A program made the translations under genes and the position numbers. DNA of 64,000 nt from a virus, in IMG/VR virus record IMGVR_UViG_3300048592_000564, positions 1 to 64,000 of that record; one strand, given 5' to 3'. This document shows positions 27,601-37,580 of this stretch, in pieces (the first letter of the stretch is position 1; each line of letters starts with the position of its first letter). A model generated the notes under the pieces. The model saw nothing but the letters and a program-made list of their open reading frames with translations, did no database searches and was not told where the DNA came from.

Positions 27601-28907
27601 TCGTAACGGTCGTGGGTACGGGAAAACTTGGTTCGTCGATGGCGGCCCTATTCGCCGCCGCGGGCCATACCGTCTATTGCGTGGACCGCAACCAGGAGTT
27701 CCTGGACGCGATCCGGGACCGGCGAGCACCCGTGCAAGAGCCGGGGCTCCAGGAGTTGATCGACCAGCATGGCGACCGGATGTTGCCAGTGGGGGTCGAC
27801 CAGTGCCACGAGGCGGTGAGGCGAAGCGAATTCGTGTTTATCATTGTCCCGACGCCCTCGACCGCGCGGGGCGACTTCTCGAACGAGTTTATCCTGGACG
27901 CCCTGGAGCCGATCAAGCAGGCGATCGTGGACGGCGCGCGGCCCCATATCGTGGTGACTTGTACCACCAGCCCCGGGGCATGCGAGAACGTCCTGATCCC
28001 GTCCCTGCAGGAGACCGGATGTTGCCCCGGGGTGGACTTCGGTTTCAGTTACAACCCGGAGTTTATTGCGCTCGGGAGCGTGATTCGGGACATGCGAAAC
28101 CCGGACTTTATCCTGATTGGCTCAGTGTTGGTGCGCTGGGCCGACCACCTCAGGCAGTTTTACGAAGAACTTCACCGAGACCTCGGTGACCCGCAGCCGA
28201 CTGTCGCGAAGATGAGCCTCGTGAACGCCGAGATCACGAAACTGGCGGTCAATTGCTTTTGCACGATGAAGATCAGTTACGCGAACCAACTCGCGCGGCT
28301 CTGCGAGGCCATCCCGGGCGCCGACGCCAAAACGGTCACCGACGCCCTGGGGCTCGACGCGCGAATCGGCCGAAAGTACCTCGCCCCTGCGTCGATTTTC
28401 GGCGGCCCATGCTTCCCCCGTGACGGCCGCGCGTTCGAGCACGCCTGCCGAGCGACATCCACCACCGGATCGCCACTCGTCGAAGCCACGCAAGACATCA
28501 ATCAGATGGTCGTCAATCACTTCGTGGACCTGATTGACCGCGGAACACCAGACCGGCTCGCGATCTTGGGCCTGAGCTACAAGCCCGATACCCCGATGAC
28601 CGACGAATCGCTCGCGACCCAGCTCATTCCCAGCTATGCGGGCCACTTGACGGAGAACATTCGGCTTCACGACCCAATGGCCAAGATTCACGCCGCGCAC
28701 TGCCGGCAATTCGAGAGTGCCCAGGAGGCCGTCCAGGACGCCGACGTGGTCGTGATCGCGACCGCGTGGCCCGAGTACCGAGAACTCAAGCCCGAGTGGT
28801 TCAAGCGGTCCTGTCTGATCCTGGACCTCTGGAACGTGCTCGACCCCGAGGCGTTTCGCAACCACAACCGTTATGTGCCCGGACGAGGACCCGCATGCAA
28901 CGCTTGA
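27597..28907 (+). CDS. ugd: UDP-glucose/GDP-mannose 6-dehydrogenase
   Basis: VGTGKLG, IVPTPS, NPEFIALG, KLAVN, FGGPCFPRD, LGLSYKPDT. Confidence 0.9.
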   Translation: MIVTVVGTGKLGSSMAALFAAAGHTVYCVDRNQEFLDAIRDRRAPVQEPGLQELIDQHGDRMLPVGVDQCHEAVRRSEFVFIIVPTPSTARGDFSNEFILDALEPIKQAIVDGARPHIVVTCTTSPGACENVLIPSLQETGCCPGVDFGFSYNPEFIALGSVIRDMRNPDFILIGSVLVRWADHLRQFYEELHRDLGDPQPTVAKMSLVNAEITKLAVNCFCTMKISYANQLARLCEAIPGADAKTVTDALGLDARIGRKYLAPASIFGGPCFPRDGRAFEHACRATSTTGSPLVEATQDINQMVVNHFVDLIDRGTPDRLAILGLSYKPDTPMTDESLATQLIPSYAGHLTENIRLHDPMAKIHAAHCRQFESAQEAVQDADVVVIATAWPEYRELKPEWFKRSCLILDLWNVLDPEAFRNHNRYVPGRGPACNA

Positions 28908-29890
28908 TCACGATGTCGACCTTGGGCCAGATCGCCCAAGCGGGTAATCACTTGGCCCAGTACGCGTTTCTCCGCTGGTACGCGCACCTCCACGGCGCCG
29001 AGTACCAGTGTCCACGCTGGGTCGGCCAGTATCTCTTTGGCTTCCAGGACCCGCCCGTGACCGTGAAGCTGCCCCAGGTCGAGGAACGGGTCGGCCCCGC
29101 GCCGCCCGGCCGGATCGGGATTCCGATTCCGCCCGTGGGCGACGAGTGGATCGGCCACGACTGGAAAGGCTACGGGCAATTCGACACCGCGTGGTACCAG
29201 CCCGGCCGAGAATTCATCCAGGGTCTCTACCGCGAACCCGCCGAGCCCCAGCGGTCCCGCGTGCTGCCGTTGGTCGACAAACTTCGCCAGCGAGGCAAGA
29301 CCCTGATCGGGCTACACCTTCGAAGGGGCGACAGCGGCCGGGTAATCTACCCATTTACGCCGATCGAGTGGTGCCTCCGCTGGCTCCACGACAACTGGCA
29401 ACGCTTCGACGACCCCGTGCTCTATTGCTCGACCGAGCAGGCCAGTCTCGCGAGTTGGTTCTGTCACTACAACCCCGTGGTGGCCGAGGACCTTGGGATC
29501 ACGTTCAAGGCGGAACCCTATCCCGGCTACCACTACCCGTTCCCGATCGAGCCCCGGAAGGCCCGGCAACTCGACTTCTTCCCCGATTGGGCGATCCTTC
29601 AGAGGTGCGATGTCCTGCTGGCCAGCGATTCAAGTTTCAGCATGACGGCCGCCTGGACCAGCACTACACTGCGGGAGTGCTGGAGGATGAAACTCAGCCT
29701 CCGGGACTTCGAGCGCACTGATCCGTGGGACATGCACTTTTGCAACCGCGAGCACCTGGACGACTACCCCGGCATCCCCGGGACGGCGATTGATTCCAAC
29801 CCCGGATTCGGCTGGGAAGGATTCCGACCCAAGCACAAGGCCGTGCCCGAGGACCCCACGACGTTCCAACCTTACTTGAGGCCCCGATGA
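28895..29890 (+). CDS. second GT11-like fucosyltransferase
   Basis: AGNHLAQYAF, GYGQ, GLHLRRGD, SSFSMTAAW. Confidence 0.75.
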   Translation: MQRLITMSTLGQIAQAGNHLAQYAFLRWYAHLHGAEYQCPRWVGQYLFGFQDPPVTVKLPQVEERVGPAPPGRIGIPIPPVGDEWIGHDWKGYGQFDTAWYQPGREFIQGLYREPAEPQRSRVLPLVDKLRQRGKTLIGLHLRRGDSGRVIYPFTPIEWCLRWLHDNWQRFDDPVLYCSTEQASLASWFCHYNPVVAEDLGITFKAEPYPGYHYPFPIEPRKARQLDFFPDWAILQRCDVLLASDSSFSMTAAWTSTTLRECWRMKLSLRDFERTDPWDMHFCNREHLDDYPGIPGTAIDSNPGFGWEGFRPKHKAVPEDPTTFQPYLRPR

Positions 29891-30063
29891 GCGAAGCACA
29901 GCGAATTTATCTCACGATCTACATGGGAGCAATCAGTGGATGGCTGGCCAATAAGTGGGCCAACCAAGGCGACCAAACAGCCGAGATGGCGCACAAAATC
30001 GCGGACGAGGTCGCAAAGCGCGGCACCATCGCGGTCGTGGACATCGCAAAGGACGACGAATGA
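29887..30063 (+). CDS. small hypothetical protein (58 aa)
   Basis: ATGA overlaps at both ends; MSEAQRIYLTIY...; below the ORF-track cutoff. Confidence 0.45.
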   Translation: MSEAQRIYLTIYMGAISGWLANKWANQGDQTAEMAHKIADEVAKRGTIAVVDIAKDDE

Positions 30064-30764
30064 TCACCGTCCTGATGGCCGCCAAGACCTCCGCCGAGTA
30101 TATGCCCAACGCGATCGGGTCCCTGTTGGGCCAGACCTTCCAGGACTGGCACCTCGTGATCGGGGTCAACGGCATCCCGGACCAACCGGCCGTCGCCAAT
30201 CAAGCGTGGAGCACCGGCGAGCGCAGCATCCCGAACGACGTCTACGAGATGGCGTGGCTCTACACGCGGCCGTTTTACTCGCGCGTGACCCTCATGAACA
30301 TGCCGGACGCGCGCAATAAAGGCGAGGCCCTGAATCGCATGATGGAGCACGCCCAGGGCGAGTACGTCGCGATCCTGGACGTCGACGACCTCTGGCACCC
30401 GAGGAAACTGGAACTCCAACTCGAAACCGCCCGCCAGACCGGCGCGGACGTGATCGGGACCAGGGGGATGTATTTCGGGGCCGCGCGCGGCTCAATCGGG
30501 GTTCCGGCAGGGCCGGTGACGCTCGACTACCTGCGGCGGCAGAACGGGATCTTGAATTCGTCCGCGCTGATCCGCCGCGAATTCGCCTGCTGGGAACCGA
30601 TGGACGAACCCCTGGAGGATTACGAGCTTTGGCTCCGGCTCGCCAGCACGGGCCACCGGCTCCACAACGACTCCGACTACCTGACCTTCATCCGCTGCCA
30701 CGCGGCCCAGTGGTCCCACGGAAATTGGCACATCGAAGAATTGAGGAAACGCTATGGCGGCTAA
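30060..30764 (+). CDS. GT2 glycosyltransferase
   Basis: ITVLM..SLLGQTFQDW, EYVAILDVDDLW..KLE.Q, EDYELWLR. Confidence 0.9.
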   Translation: MITVLMAAKTSAEYMPNAIGSLLGQTFQDWHLVIGVNGIPDQPAVANQAWSTGERSIPNDVYEMAWLYTRPFYSRVTLMNMPDARNKGEALNRMMEHAQGEYVAILDVDDLWHPRKLELQLETARQTGADVIGTRGMYFGAARGSIGVPAGPVTLDYLRRQNGILNSSALIRREFACWEPMDEPLEDYELWLRLASTGHRLHNDSDYLTFIRCHAAQWSHGNWHIEELRKRYGG

Positions 30765-32253
30765 CAAACGAGTTGCGCTCTGCTGTTTTGCGACCGGACG
30801 CTACAAGGAATTCCTTCCCGATCTGGCCCGCACCGCGAGGGAGCACTTCGACCCCGGGGACACGCTCGACCTCGTGGGCTTCGTGGACAACGATCAAACG
30901 CCCGCCGGATTCGACCGCGTGTTCCAGATCCCGCACCTCCGCTGGCCCTACGGGACCCTCTACCGCTACCGCTGGCTGGCCGAGCGCGAGAAGGAACTCT
31001 CACAGTACGACTACCTGTTTATGTGCGATGTCGACATGCGGTTCGTCGGCCCGGTCGGGCCCGAGATCCTGGGCGGGCTCGTGGGGGTCCTGCATGCCGG
31101 GCACCTGAAGAAAAACCCCCAGGCGCTGCCCTACTGCCGCCACAAGGGTTCGACCGCGAGGGTGCGGCCCGGACTGGGCACCCGCTACTACGCGGGCGGG
31201 TTCCAGGGCGGGGCCGCGCGCCAGTACCTCAAGGCCTGCCGGCACATCGCGGACAACATCACGCAGGACGAGCGACACCACTACATCGCGGACTGGCACG
31301 ACGAGTCCCACTGGAACGCCTATCTGGTCAGCCGCCCGCCCGCGGTCTCGCTTTCGCCGCAATACTGCTGGGGTGAACCGGACGGCTGCCCACCAGGCAC
31401 CAAGATTCTCGCGCTCGCGAAGGACCACGCGGCGTTCCGGAGTGACGGGGCCGACCCGGCGTCCATCGCGCCCGTCACGGCACCGCCCGAACCCCCGGCC
31501 CCCGTGCCCGCCACGGCGCCCCAGAGCCGCCAGGACGTGAAGGAACTGGTCCGGGCGGTCCAACGGTCCAACCTGCGGCCCGACGCACAGGCAAGCCTCC
31601 AGGGCCTGCTGGGTCAGCTCGACCGGGTACTCGACCGCGCGGCCCCGCGGGTCATGCACGCCGGCCCGCAGGGAGATCTTGCGGCGGTCCTGCGCGAACT
31701 CCTGCCACGCGACCCCGTGGTCTACGTGGACGTCGGGGCCTCGGAGCCGGTCGATTGCTCCAACACCCACCCGTTCTATCTCGCGGGCGGGCACGGGCTC
31801 TTGATCGAACCCCGGCCCAGCTGCTGGTACGCGATCCTGCTCCAACGGCCGCGCGATCGCCTCTACCCGAAGGCGGTCGCGGCCCAGGAGGGCTGGGCCG
31901 ACATGAAGCTCTGCGATGCCTGCTCGTCGCTCGACCAGACCTGGACGAACGAAAAACGGGGCGAACTGCTGGTCCAGACCGAGCCCCTGGGTACCATTCT
32001 GCATCGCTTCCCCGAGATCCGAGACGCCTGCCAGTTGGTCTCGATCGACACCGAGGGGACCGAGGAAGCGGTCATCGGGTCCGTGGACTGGACCACATTC
32101 CGCCCCCAGGTCGCGGTCGTCGAGCATGCGTCATTCCAGCGACCCGAGGAATCCGAGCACCGCGCGGACGCGATCCTGGGGCTCATGCGTGAAAGAGGCT
32201 ACCGGGTCGTCCACCGGGACGCCATCAACCTAGTGTTCAAGAGGATACCATGA
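30754..32253 (+). CDS. GT6 (ABO-like) glycosyltransferase fused to an FkbM methyltransferase
   Basis: FATGRY, YDYLFMCDVDM, YYAGGFQGG, WHDESHWN; Pro-rich linker; YVDVGA...SNT...IEP...SIDTEG.E. Confidence 0.9.
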   Translation: MAANKRVALCCFATGRYKEFLPDLARTAREHFDPGDTLDLVGFVDNDQTPAGFDRVFQIPHLRWPYGTLYRYRWLAEREKELSQYDYLFMCDVDMRFVGPVGPEILGGLVGVLHAGHLKKNPQALPYCRHKGSTARVRPGLGTRYYAGGFQGGAARQYLKACRHIADNITQDERHHYIADWHDESHWNAYLVSRPPAVSLSPQYCWGEPDGCPPGTKILALAKDHAAFRSDGADPASIAPVTAPPEPPAPVPATAPQSRQDVKELVRAVQRSNLRPDAQASLQGLLGQLDRVLDRAAPRVMHAGPQGDLAAVLRELLPRDPVVYVDVGASEPVDCSNTHPFYLAGGHGLLIEPRPSCWYAILLQRPRDRLYPKAVAAQEGWADMKLCDACSSLDQTWTNEKRGELLVQTEPLGTILHRFPEIRDACQLVSIDTEGTEEAVIGSVDWTTFRPQVAVVEHASFQRPEESEHRADAILGLMRERGYRVVHRDAINLVFKRIP

Positions 32254-32810
32254 TTCTGGAAAGCAATCTCCCCCGCTGGCTCGTCCGCGCCTTGTCGGTG
32301 CGGTTTGGCATCCGGCAATTCGTCGAAACCGGGACCCTGGAGGGCCACACGGCCGCACTGGTGGCCGAGGTCATCCCCGTGGTCCACACGATCGAGATCA
32401 GCCGCTCGATGTACGACCGGGCTACGAGTGAATGCCGCAAGAACCCTCGGATCACCCGGCACCTCGGGAGTTCGGTGGACGTCATTCCTCAGCTTCTACC
32501 CAGCCTTGCCGGCCCGACGCTCTGGTACCTGGACGGGCACTGGTCCGGCATGGGGCCGAAACTCGGGATCGAGTGCCCGGTCCTGCAGGAACTGGCGCTC
32601 ATCCAGGACAGGCCGCAGGACGTGATCGTGATCGACGACGCCCGGCTGTTCGACGCCCCGCCCTCGCCCCCGCATGATCCCGCCCAGTGGCCCAGCACTG
32701 CCGAGGTCGTGGCCGCCGCAAGGGCGCCGGGACGACACGTCGCCCGATTCCTCGACAGCATCGTGGCCAGCCCCACGCCGCTCTTTGCCGCCTTCCAGGA
32801 GACCCATTGA
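32250..32810 (+). CDS. SAM-dependent methyltransferase-like protein
   Basis: FVETGT..G, TIE, G.S, LDGHWSG, IVIDDARLF. Confidence 0.75.
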   Translation: MILESNLPRWLVRALSVRFGIRQFVETGTLEGHTAALVAEVIPVVHTIEISRSMYDRATSECRKNPRITRHLGSSVDVIPQLLPSLAGPTLWYLDGHWSGMGPKLGIECPVLQELALIQDRPQDVIVIDDARLFDAPPSPPHDPAQWPSTAEVVAAARAPGRHVARFLDSIVASPTPLFAAFQETH

Positions 32811-33547
32811 TGCGTATCCAGGCATTTCTTCCCACATTAGGACGCCCGCACCTGATCGAAGAGGCAATCACGATGTTCTGCCTCCAGAGTTATCAGGACC
32901 GCGAGCTCTTGATCTACGACACCGCGAACCAGATGCCCGAGCAACAGGGCGACCGCTGGCGGATCGTCCACCAGGGCGAGCATCCGTGGTCGATGGGCAC
33001 GACCTGCAACGTCGGGATCAGGATGTCGGACGCCGAACTGGTGTGTCGCTGGGACGATGATGATATGTACGCCCCTTGGCACCTTGAAGCCATCGTGGAA
33101 GCCCTGCAGACGAAGCCCTGGGCCTGCCCGTACAGCGTCTGGGACGCGCAATTCAACCTGGACCGCCCACTGCTCTGCCGGCCCTACCGGAAGACCACTG
33201 AGGATCTCGCCTACGCGGGCACCTGGGCATTCACCCGCGCGGCCTTCGAAGAAATCGGGGGCTACCGCGAAGATTGCTTCCGCGAAGAGGAATGCGAGTT
33301 CCGCACGAGGCTCCACAACCGCTACGGGCCGCCGGCGGATTCCACGGCCGGCCGATTTCCAGCGACCAGCTACGTGTACGCGTGCAACCAGGACCGGGTT
33401 CCCCACTACGGCCAGATGACCGACGACCAGCGACGCGCCCACCAGCGGAAGGCGTGGCCCCGGTGCGACAAGATCGAACCGAAATGGCCCCGCCGCTACA
33501 TGCTCGGGCTGGCGAATGACGGCAAAATCCATCCCCGGAAGTTCTGA
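32810..33547 (+). CDS. GT2 glycosyltransferase
   Basis: PTLGR...Q.Y...ELLIYD, CRWDDDD.Y, IGGY..EE. Confidence 0.8.
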   Translation: MRIQAFLPTLGRPHLIEEAITMFCLQSYQDRELLIYDTANQMPEQQGDRWRIVHQGEHPWSMGTTCNVGIRMSDAELVCRWDDDDMYAPWHLEAIVEALQTKPWACPYSVWDAQFNLDRPLLCRPYRKTTEDLAYAGTWAFTRAAFEEIGGYREDCFREEECEFRTRLHNRYGPPADSTAGRFPATSYVYACNQDRVPHYGQMTDDQRRAHQRKAWPRCDKIEPKWPRRYMLGLANDGKIHPRKF

Positions 33548-33548
33548 G

Positions 33549-34175
33549 ATGCCAATCCCTAATCAGGTCCGGAACGATAACAGCGACGGATTGCGAGAAT
33601 CCGACGTGACACTCGTGGTCTTCGCCCCGCCCCGCAGCGGCAGCACCTGGGTGGGACAAATCTGCGGTGACGTGCTGGGCCACGGGGTCGTGAACACCCA
33701 CACGTGGCTGGACCTTCCTGGCGTGCCGGTCCTGGCCGTGATCCGGGACCCACGGGATTGCGTGATCTCCCACTGGCGATTCCGCTGGCCCCAGGAGGTC
33801 GAGCAGTACGGCACGATTCCCCGCGAGCGGGCCGTGAACCTCGCGGCGTTCTACGGCCAGGAGTTCCTGATCCTGGAACGGTGGAACCAAACCAACGAGC
33901 CCGTGGTGCTCCACTACGAAAAGCTCCGGCGCTGGCCCACGCTGGTGTTCGACGCCCTGGAGTCAATGCTTGGCCTGCCCACAAAGAAACGCGACCGACG
34001 CCGCATCCTGGCCGCCCGGTCGCTCCGGTCCAATCGCCGCGCCCTGGAGCCAGGCCACGTCCACGAGGGCCGGGTCGGGACTTGGAAGCAATTCGTCAAC
34101 CAGGACTCGGCCCGGTTGCTCACTTGGTTGCTGGGGCCGATCTGCCGGCACTACGGATACAAGGAGGCGAGATGA
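33549..34175 (+). CDS. sulfotransferase
   Basis: PRSGSTW (5'-PSB loop), RDPRDCVIS (3'-PB motif), YEKL, GRVGTWK. Confidence 0.85.
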   Translation: MPIPNQVRNDNSDGLRESDVTLVVFAPPRSGSTWVGQICGDVLGHGVVNTHTWLDLPGVPVLAVIRDPRDCVISHWRFRWPQEVEQYGTIPRERAVNLAAFYGQEFLILERWNQTNEPVVLHYEKLRRWPTLVFDALESMLGLPTKKRDRRRILAARSLRSNRRALEPGHVHEGRVGTWKQFVNQDSARLLTWLLGPICRHYGYKEAR

Positions 34176-34840
34176 TTCCCAAGCAGGTTCCACTACGCGT
34201 TGACCTGGGGGGTGGGTGGCTTGACTGCGCAAGATTCTCCCGCCCCGGCGCCTACGTGGTGAACCTCGCGATCCAGCCGCTGGTCTCGCTGGACCACTGG
34301 CCCTACCGCCGTGGCAGCGGCCTCGGGGGATCGGCGGCCCACGCGATTTTGAATGGCCTGGACCCGTTCGCGTCCGAGGGCGCGCTCGGGGTCGGGTGGC
34401 AGGACCCGGCGGTGATCCTCGAAACTGGCCTTTGCGTTTGGCGCTCCGGCCCGGCGCCGGTCCTGGAACTGAAGCGCAACCCCGATTTTCTCGCCGGCCA
34501 CTTGGGCCTGCTCTGGACCGGCCAGGACCACCACACACCCAGCAACGTGGACCGGGAGCGTGATTACAACGTGATCGAGGACGCGGGCCACGAAGCAGCC
34601 GCGGGAGCGGCGCAGCGATGGTATCCAGGAATCCTGAAGGCCATTCGCTGGAGCTACCAGGCTCAGAAACGCGAAGGCATGGACACCCTGCCGGGCATCC
34701 AGGAAGCCCTGGCGTGGAAGTATTGCGGGGGCGGCTGGGGCGGCTACGCGCTATACTGCTTCGCCACCAGGGAGCACCGGGACGCCAGTGGCCTGATCCC
34801 GATTGAACCGTACCTCCGACCCGCAGGTGAGCCGACATGA
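34172..34840 (+). CDS. compact GHMP sugar kinase-like protein
   Basis: PLRVDLGGGWLD, GSGLGGS, GWQD, KYCGGGWGG. Confidence 0.8.
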   Translation: MIPKQVPLRVDLGGGWLDCARFSRPGAYVVNLAIQPLVSLDHWPYRRGSGLGGSAAHAILNGLDPFASEGALGVGWQDPAVILETGLCVWRSGPAPVLELKRNPDFLAGHLGLLWTGQDHHTPSNVDRERDYNVIEDAGHEAAAGAAQRWYPGILKAIRWSYQAQKREGMDTLPGIQEALAWKYCGGGWGGYALYCFATREHRDASGLIPIEPYLRPAGEPT

Positions 34841-35094
34841 CCACGCCCAAGATCGACAGCCTGGAGGCAATGGAACGATTTATGGACGCCGTCCAGAAGG
34901 ACTATCGGCTATTCGCCCATCCGGACACGATCCAGCAAATGAGCGACATGCCCGCCACCCGCGACTTTGCGTCCAGGTTTGAAGCGAATCGCCACCTCGA
35001 GCCCGGCGACCTGATCGCGATCGATCCCGCGGTCTGGACGTTTACTAAGCCGCCACTTACCATCGCGCCAGGAGCCACCAATGGGCGTGTTTGA
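34837..35094 (+). CDS. hypothetical protein
   Basis: ATGA coupling. Confidence 0.45.
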   Translation: MTTPKIDSLEAMERFMDAVQKDYRLFAHPDTIQQMSDMPATRDFASRFEANRHLEPGDLIAIDPAVWTFTKPPLTIAPGATNGRV

Positions 35095-35443
35095 TTACGT
35101 GACCTGCCGCTACGAGCTCCCGCCTGAGTTCCCCCGGGACCTTGAATGGCAAAGCAAGAGCACCCCGGCCCAGTACCTGGACCACTACGAGATCCGCGAG
35201 GATGGGTCACTGTGGCACGAAACCTATGTCCATCGGGTCGAGACTCAATCAGATGGCTATTTCAACGTGCAGATGTATCGCGACAACCCGGAGTGGAAAC
35301 GCGAGGACTTCACTGGCGAGCTGGAGATCCACAGTAGCGACGACCGGCACTGGTACACGGTCCAGTTCTGGTTCCGCGACGGCGTCGTGAAGGATTTTGT
35401 GGCCAACGCCACCCCGTTACACAAAAAGGAGTGTGTCACATGA
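35081..35443 (+). CDS. phage hypothetical protein
   Basis: MGVFDYV.C...WQSK...Y.I..DG.L...FTGE...F.DG, a recurrent phage pattern. Confidence 0.6.
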   Translation: MGVFDYVTCRYELPPEFPRDLEWQSKSTPAQYLDHYEIREDGSLWHETYVHRVETQSDGYFNVQMYRDNPEWKREDFTGELEIHSSDDRHWYTVQFWFRDGVVKDFVANATPLHKKECVT

Positions 35444-36399
35444 AGGTACTGGTCACCGGAGCCGCAGGCTATATCGGGAGTGCCGTTTGCTGGAAACTCC
35501 TGGAACACGGCCACGAGGTCGTGGCGCTCGACAACCTCAAGTACGGGACCGCCGACTCCGTGCCGCCCGGCGTGCCGCTGATCCGCCGCGACCTCGCGAG
35601 CCCCCAGGATCAACTCGCGATCGTGTACGCGCTAGAGAGCAACCAGATCGAGGCCGTGGCCCACCTCGCGGCCGAGAGCCTGATTCCCCTTTCGTTCGAG
35701 CAGCCCGAGCTATTCTGGCGGGTCAATGTCACCGGTGGGTTGATGTTGCTCGACGCCATGCGGCGCGCGGGCGTGCGGCGAATCCTCTACAGTTCCACGA
35801 GCTCCGTCTATGCCGAGCACCAGCCGATGCCGCTCACGGAGCAGAGCCCGATCGGGCCCAGCAGTTGCTACGGTGCGTCGAAATATGCGTTCGAGGATGC
35901 CCTGCGGTGGATGCGTAATTTGTCGTGGGTGGCGTTCCGGTACTTCAATGTCTGCGGCGCGACCGAGCACGTAACGGAAAAGCCGTACCATAGAAGCCGT
36001 TTAGTTCCAGTGGCCCTGGACGTCGCCTATGGCCGAGTCCCAGGGCCAATGCCGCTCAATGGAATCGACTACCAGGAAACGCGGGACCACACATGCTTGC
36101 GTGATTACATTCACGTCGACGATATCGCTCAGGCTCACGTCGCGGCCCTGGAGCACCCCGGTGCCACGGGTGTGTTCAATCTCGGGATTGGACGAGGATA
36201 CACCAATCGAGAAGTCATCGAGGCCGTTCGCCGAGTAGCAGGCAAGCCAGTTCCAGTCGTCGAAAAGCCGCGCCGCCCAGGAGACCCAGCCATGCTGGTT
36301 GCTGACGCTTCAAAGGCAGGCCGTGAACTGGACTGGGGCCCGGCCTACACCACCATTGAGCAAATGATTGAAACGTGCTGCAAATACGAACAGTTGTGA
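35440..36399 (+). CDS. galE: UDP-glucose 4-epimerase
   Basis: VTGAAGYIGS, HLAA, SSTSSVY, YGASK, RYFNVCG, RDYIHV.D, RRPGDP. Confidence 0.9.
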   Translation: MKVLVTGAAGYIGSAVCWKLLEHGHEVVALDNLKYGTADSVPPGVPLIRRDLASPQDQLAIVYALESNQIEAVAHLAAESLIPLSFEQPELFWRVNVTGGLMLLDAMRRAGVRRILYSSTSSVYAEHQPMPLTEQSPIGPSSCYGASKYAFEDALRWMRNLSWVAFRYFNVCGATEHVTEKPYHRSRLVPVALDVAYGRVPGPMPLNGIDYQETRDHTCLRDYIHVDDIAQAHVAALEHPGATGVFNLGIGRGYTNREVIEAVRRVAGKPVPVVEKPRRPGDPAMLVADASKAGRELDWGPAYTTIEQMIETCCKYEQL

Positions 36400-36408
36400 T
36401 TTTGTCCA

Positions 36409-36511
36409 TTGAACTCGTGCTTTCAAAACGCTAAAATGCGAACGGCCCGAGCGTCGTTACCGCCCGAGCCGTTCTAACCACTTCAACCTGCAAGGAGGTT
36501 TCATCGTGGCT
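36409..36511 (+). promoter_or_regulatory. HNH leader, copy 1 (promoter and two hairpins)
   Basis: TTGAAC-17-TAAAAT-GCGAACGGC..GCCGTTC-TAACCAC..AACCT/AGGTT..GTGGCT. Confidence 0.75.
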
Positions 36512-37459
36512 CAAACATATTCTAGCGATCCGAGGCGTCCAGCGAAAGGCCAAATTGGTGACAGGTTTGGTCACTGGAAACTCATTGGCTTTGAAAGATG
36601 CGTCAAGCGAAACAAGCTCATGTATTTGTGCAAATGTGACTGCGGAACCGTTCGGGCACTGCAACCCGGCGCGCTGTTTGGATGTACCAGTACGTCGTGC
36701 GGGTGCCATAGAACCGCGATTCCGCCAGCACCTCCGCTGCCCACTGTCGATTCCGTAGAGTTCAGGACGCTCGAGCAATATCCTGGATATGCGTTTGGAA
36801 GCGACGGGTCGGTTTGGGGTTGCAGGGCAAGAGTGGTGGGGCGTGAACGCGGAAGGTGGACCAAGATAAATGGAGCCAAGGACAAAAACGGGTATCTTCG
36901 CGTGACAATCACGACGAGGTCCAGTTCCAAGACTCTCAAAATTCATGCCCTCATCCTTGAGGCGTTTACCGGCCCAAGGCCGCAGGGTTGTGTAAGCCGC
37001 CACCTGGACGGAAACCAAGCAAATAACGCAATAGCCAATTTGGCGTGGGGAACTCCCGCAGAAAACCAACGGGACTCTATATTGCATCGCACGCACGCAG
37101 GGCTGCGAAACAGCGGACGCGACAACCCAAATGCCAAGTTGTCGTTTAGTGACGTGGCTGAGATCATGCGACTAAAGCACGAGATGCCTTGTCGGGACAT
37201 CGCGAAACGATTTGACGTAACCGAAGGTGCCATCAAGTCCATATTCTCAGGCCGAACATGGTCGCACCTCACTGGAGCTGACGAAGAGTCCCAGACAATG
37301 AACCAACATGTGCGCGAATGGATTTCCTCGATCATGCAGTCTCCGCTTGGCATTGATTCAATCGCCTCCGCCCTGGATGAACTTGGGTATCGCTTAGCCG
37401 AAAAATGCACAGGCCGACATTTCGACGAACCAAATCAAACCGCCCAGGCATGCTTATGA
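36506..37459 (+). CDS. HNH homing endonuclease (one CDCG domain, NUMOD4-like, HNH, HTH)
   Basis: CKCDCG..SCGC; YPGY..DG; HALILEAF.GPRP..RHLDGN..NN...NLAWGT..EN; NPNAKL. Confidence 0.9.
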   Translation: MAQTYSSDPRRPAKGQIGDRFGHWKLIGFERCVKRNKLMYLCKCDCGTVRALQPGALFGCTSTSCGCHRTAIPPAPPLPTVDSVEFRTLEQYPGYAFGSDGSVWGCRARVVGRERGRWTKINGAKDKNGYLRVTITTRSSSKTLKIHALILEAFTGPRPQGCVSRHLDGNQANNAIANLAWGTPAENQRDSILHRTHAGLRNSGRDNPNAKLSFSDVAEIMRLKHEMPCRDIAKRFDVTEGAIKSIFSGRTWSHLTGADEESQTMNQHVREWISSIMQSPLGIDSIASALDELGYRLAEKCTGRHFDEPNQTAQACL

Positions 37460-37580
37460 CCGATGGCCCCATGACCTTCAAGTGGACGCCACCAAAGTCC
37501 CCGCTACACTTCCCTGGAGCAAATGATTGAGTCCTGCTGGAAGTGGGAGCCGAAGTCTCAATAACCGAAGGAAAGTATCT

